Source: Yuukianura sp. NJ FZ-2021
Taxonomy: Eukaryota
DNA: 64,000 bases
Reading direction: 5' to 3'
Assembly: GCA_046563655.1 (NCBI GenBank)
Contig: CM102289.1
Location: forward strand, 5,332,001-5,396,000
Below the pieces are notes generated by a model. It was not told the origin of the DNA. It worked only from the letters and a program-made list of their open reading frames with translations, and did not search any database. The translations under genes were made by a program, and so were the position numbers. Below, in pieces: positions 59,324 through 64,000 of the stretch (the first letter of the stretch is position 1; every line of letters starts with the position of its first letter).

Positions 59324-61570
59324 ATGGCACCTCCAGTAGTCACCGACAGCAACAATTATGTTGTAATGAATATCCATGTCTTCAACATCTTTACTGGTAC
59401 TAACGGCACCAGTAGTGACGAAAAGGTCACGAGAGGTCAAGGAGAAGAGCTCAAGGTCAACAAGCAGAAAGAGTTTGAGGTCGAGGAGCCAAAGATGATC
59501 GGAAATCCGGATTCGTCGACGTATTTGCTGGAAATGGATGAAGCGTCGGAGAAGGAGAGTCACGAGGACGAAGATTCCGATGATAGTTGGGAAGATGAGG
59601 AAGGTCAAAGGTCAAGGTCAAGCTCAGTGGCATATGAATACCAACAGAAGGAAACGTTTTGGACCATTTTGAGACAAGTTTTGTTCCCATTTTTTCTGGC
59701 TGGATGTGGAACGGTGGGAGCGGGACTCATTTTGGACACTGTCACGGTAGGCAAATTTTTTTCATTCTTCTTAAGTTCAATGTACCTTTGTAATCTAAAA
59801 ATAGTCAATGCAAAAACAAGCAAATTCTTTGCAACAAAATTTGCGACTATTTTTCAGCCACGAGCAGTTTTTGCGAGAAAATGAATTTTATTAACAATAT
59901 TTTTATAAAATGAACAAATATGTGGTTTGTTTTTAGTTTTCGGAAGTTTTTCAAGAAGTGCCGGAAATTATCATCGTTGTGCCGGCACTGCTGGGTCTTA
60001 AGGGGAACATCGAAATGACCTTGGCTTCTAGACTGTCAACTGAAGCCAACATGGGAAGACTGGACAATTCAAGGTCAAAGTTTAGACACATTTTGGGAAA
60101 TATGTATCTTGTCCAGGTGAGATGAAATTAAATTTTGAAACGTTTTTTTTCTAAAAATTAAATATATTTAAAAATCTATCTTTTTCAGTTCCAAGGAATT
60201 TCGGTTGGATTGATTGCTTCTTTGTCTCCTTATTGGATGGGCAGTCCACTCCATAGTTGGCAACACGCTCTGCTTCTGTCAGCTAGCAGCGTCGTACGTG
60301 CATATAATTTATATTGGAAAATATATCTCATTATTTGTATAAAAGATGGATTTTGTTGAAATTCTAGGCGGCAACGAGTATCGCCAGTTTCTTTCTTGGG
60401 ATCTTGATGTCAACCATTGTGGTAATTTCGTACAAGTACGAAGTCAATCCAGACAACGTTGCCGCTCCACTGGCAGCTAGCATCGGCGACATTGTCACTC
60501 TCACGCTGTTCTTCATCATTTCATCGGTTATCTATGGAGAGAGAGGTAAACTTACTCGATCAGCCAAATTTGACCTTTCGTGACTTTAAGGTTGACCTTT
60601 CGAAATTTGACACGAATATATTTTTAGAACAATTTCCATGGTTGGCTCCAGCAATTCTTGCACTTTACTTGGCCAGTCTACCGGTTTGGTTCTGGCTAAC
60701 GTACAAATACGCCTTTAGCCGCAAGGTTCTGTTGGCGCCGTCAACATGGTTGCCAATTCTTGGAGCAATGATGGTCAGCAGGTGAGATCAAAGGTCAACC
60801 AAGTTAATTTTTAAAAATACAATCAAATTCTTAAATTTTCGTTTTTTTTCAGCTTTGCCGGCAAGATTTTCGATCACTCTGTGAAAATGTTCCAGAACAT
60901 TGCAGTGTTGCAGCCTGTGATGAACGGAGTCGGTGGCAACATCGCAGCAGTCCAAGCCAGTCGTATCTCAACCTACCTTCACTGCAATGGCAAACTGGAA
61001 ATGGCTGAAGAAAGCAAGAAAGTGGGCTGTGCCAATCCATTCACAACATTCTTCAAAGGTAGCAAAACGTCGGCAATGTTTTCACAATTTTAAAATTTTA
61101 AAAATTTTAAAATCGTTTTCCATTTTCAAAACAGGAATCCATGCCAAGTCGGCCTTTGCTCTTTTGTTTCTGCTGATTCCTGGCCACCTCCTGTTCGTCA
61201 CTGTCATTTGGTTCATCCATGCCGACTTTTGTGTCAGTGTCATCCTCATGACATTTTACATTTTGGCGGCAGTTGTACAGGTAAAATTTTGAAACTTATT
61301 AATTTAAAAAAATGTCAATTTCACAATTTTTACAATGTTTTGAAATTCCAGGTATCGATTTTGCTGTACTTGGCGGACATCTTGGTGCCATATTGCTGGA
61401 AGCAGGGCATTGACCCCGACAATGCTGCAATTCCTTGTCTAACATCCACAGGAGATTTTCTTGGAACGGCTTTTCTCGTCATCGCTTTTCAAATCACTTT
61501 TCTCATCCAGGGCGCTGTCAGCGATGACCATCTATCGCTTGTCATGAATCAGTTTAACGAAATTAACTAA
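59324..61570 (+). CDS. SLC41A: SLC41 / MgtE-like magnesium transporter (8 exons: 59324-59746, 59937-60116, 60189-60293, 60368-60545, 60628-60781, 60853-61058, 61135-61280, 61352-61570)
   Basis: Two MgtE repeats with PX6GN motifs ([40 protein letters not shown]) and P(D/A)..GD motifs ([30 protein letters not shown]). Confidence 0.95.
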
Positions 61571-61984
61571 ATTCAAATCAACTCAAACTAATTTCAAGAA
61601 TTTTCAAATTGGCAAATAAAATTGGCACATCTCTAAAAAAAAATCTACGTCAGCAATTCCCGAAATTTATTTCGGCCATGATATGAACAAACAGCCATGA
61701 GTAATGCCAAAAGTCTTTAGAAAATTAATGCGCTTAACTTGCCGTTCGAAGGTGATCGTCACACATAGTGGATCTTAATACTAGTAAGAGGTGCGACAAT
61801 AATGAGATGAAACTGCACTTTAAATTTTTTTGCAACAGCAATTTGCCTCCTCATCACAATTCAGCGCGTACCCCCTTGGAGAATTAATTTGCAATTTTTT
61901 GCAACTTCAGCAGCTTTATTTTAGGAAGTGACGCCAATGTTTTTGGCATCAGGAAACCCATTCCATCATTCCAGTTTCAGAAAA

Positions 61985-62020
61985 TATAAAGCTGCGCAGA
62001 AAACTGTTACAAATGTTAGT
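61985..62020 (+). promoter_or_regulatory. Candidate TATA + initiator core promoter of the Kazal gene
   Basis: TATAAA at 61985-61990 and an Inr-like TTAGT about 31-33 nt downstream (62016-62020), about 75 nt before the ATG. Confidence 0.4.
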
Positions 62021-62094
62021 GTGTTCAAGACGTTTGTAGCGTAACGTTCAAGAGACGCAAGACAATTTCATTTAAGTTCAGCTGAATTAAGAAA

Positions 62095-62417
62095 ATGAAG
62101 TCACTAGTTGTAGTTGTCGGCTGTCTGTTTATAATTGCTGTGTCGGATTTAACTCAGCTTGGACATGGCGGCGGCGCAGAAGCAGCCCCGGGCCCACCAA
62201 AAACAGAGCCCTGCATTTGCACTTCGATGGGACCACCAGTATGTGGAACGGATCGTGTCACTTATGACAATCACTGTAAACTCAAGTGTGCCATGGACAA
62301 GAATAAGAGTAACAAAAAACACGATTTTTTAATTGAAATACAATTTTTAAACCTGGTTAACCTAAGACAATCTTTTCAGAATTGAGAATGCAACGGCCTG
62401 GAAAATGTGGTCAGTAG
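62095..62417 (+). CDS. Secreted single-domain Kazal-type serine protease inhibitor, 83 aa (exons 62095-62308, 62380-62417)
   Basis: Signal peptide and the six-Cys Kazal pattern CICTSMGPPVCGTDRVTYDNHCKLKCAMDKNK|KLRMQRPGKC. Phase-1 intron. Confidence 0.92.
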
Positions 62418-62655
62418 AAGTGTGTCTGCCTTTCGGAAAACAAATCGAGAAGCCTTCGGTAACAGTGAAGCTGCACACTTCAGAAACTTTCACACGACAG
62501 ATTTTAGCAAAACTTTAATTCTAATTTTACGTTTACAAGTGTTTCATAGTTTTGAAGAGGCTTGAAAGTAAATACGTACCTCTTCAACGTACCATTATTT
62601 AGATGTTCCGTGTTAGTTAGTAATAGTGAATGGTAATGGTAATTAAATGAAGACG

Positions 62656-63683
62656 TTACTTGAATAACTTTCCTCCTTTCACCAAACTTTTCTTGGCAGT
62701 CTTCTTTGGAGTTTTCTCAACACCGAGAGCCTCTCTTGAATCATTGGAACCAGTACCATAGGCCTCATCGACCTCTTGGGACTGGAGCTTAATTGATTTC
62801 TTAAGGTTTGTGATCTAGGCCAAACAAAACAGTCATATGAAATGAAGTAAATGAATTCAATGTTGAGTTTAATTTGATTTCGAACCTCCTGTTCCAACAT
62901 TTCTTTGCGCTGATTCTTCTGTACTTTGGTAACATTGGCTCGATCGACTTGCGTTTGGAGAGAGGTAAGGACAGCTTCACAAGTATCGTACCAATTCTCA
63001 AGAGTGGCAACGATTGTTGGTATATTCTCTTTTCGGATGTCGCGCCCAATTGCTGTGTCAACTTCAAGTAAAGCTCGACGTTGATCCAACTTTCCTTGAA
63101 AAATTTCTGAAAAAAAGGAACAAATCCTAAGAGAATCCTAGTTTTGTTGAATGAGGAGACGGGCTTTACCGGAGTAAATTCCTTCGATTATGAGATCCTC
63201 GAGTTCTCGCAGATTGGTCATTCCGAGTTCTTGAAGCAAAGTGTCATACGGAATGCATTTGCCCTGTTCAGACAGCGTAATTATGGTTAAATGCTGAAGT
63301 TTCTTTGTCTGATTCACGGACAGTCCTGGTAACTGGTCCTTCTTTGCCATGTAATCTTTGTACGTGCCGTAAGAAAACATTTGCAACAGTTCCCAGTGAC
63401 TTCGAAACTGGTTGCCTTCCGCCAACTTCAAAAGAACAAATTCTCGTTAGTAACGTAATTATTAATAATGAATGAATAAAAAGTTCGTGAAAATTCAACC
63501 CTATACCTGTTGAACACTTGGAACTGCGCTTAATTCCGCAAACGTGTACACTCCATTGGCCTCCAGTGCTTGTTTGATGACCTCAGCAACTTCAGCTCCG
63601 CTCGCGGACTTAGCAAGAGCCACATAATGATCCAATGGGTTAACCGATGACTGGAACTTTGGGGTCAGCGTTTCACCGAACAT
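62656..63683 (-). CDS. COPS7: COP9 signalosome subunit 7 (PCI domain; 4 exons: 63683-63507, 63425-63170, 63106-62886, 62814-62656)
   Basis: Motifs NPLDHYVALAKSA, QALEANGVYTFAEL, LLQMFSYGTYKDY, KKLQHLTII, NLRELEDLIIEGIY and GKLDQRRALLEVDTAIGRD. Confidence 0.95.
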
Positions 63684-64000
63684 CTCCCTATGCTAATCAG
63701 CAACCTGATGAAATGAAATCTGTTGAGCTGACTATTATTTATTATGGTCGGTTTATTTTTATTTATAACTTTTTAAATCAAATTCCAGTTTTTTTTTCAA
63801 TTTGCAACCCAAGTTTTGTCTCGGAAAGTCTCTCAGCTGTTTTTGCGGCGGGACAAGCGGCTTCACAACAATATTCTAACACCCGCAATGCAGTTATGGT
63901 CCGTTTCTAAACGGGCAAAATCCAATGACCCAACAGCAACACCAAGCCATTCGATTCGTGGAACGTTTTTTAATTGCTTTTTTACAACTGTGAACTGTAT

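Overview
Gene-dense eukaryotic (animal, probably arthropod given TTAGG-type motifs; not provable here) genomic DNA with mostly 60-110 nt GT-AG introns. I could assemble 15 protein-coding genes by hand with consistent splice phases: mex-3 (-), TBC1D15/17 (+), nicalin (+), RIIAD1-like (-), a 3-Ig lachesin/DIP-type cell-adhesion gene (+), ADAT1 (-), SRFBP1/BUD22 (-), galactokinase (-), UTP15 (-), a small C2H2 + SET/post-SET gene (+), an orphan 4-TM gene (-), a secreted ricin-B lectin (+), an SLC41/MgtE transporter (+), a Kazal inhibitor (+) and COPS7 (-). There are also small MITE-like elements with TTAGG cores. The most striking observation is that the intronless ADAT1 ORF starts inside the last codons of SRFBP1 on the same strand (11-nt overlap). 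I saw no canonical poly(A) hexamer until after ADAT1, which suggests a dicistronic or translationally coupled unit. Other points of interest: a RING-less MEX3 with a 73-aa internal duplication, an MLL-type SET domain with NHS>NNS, a dense hairpin cluster in an Ig-gene intron, and a possible decayed nested gene in the mex-3 intron. All family calls come from recognising motifs by eye, not from database searches.
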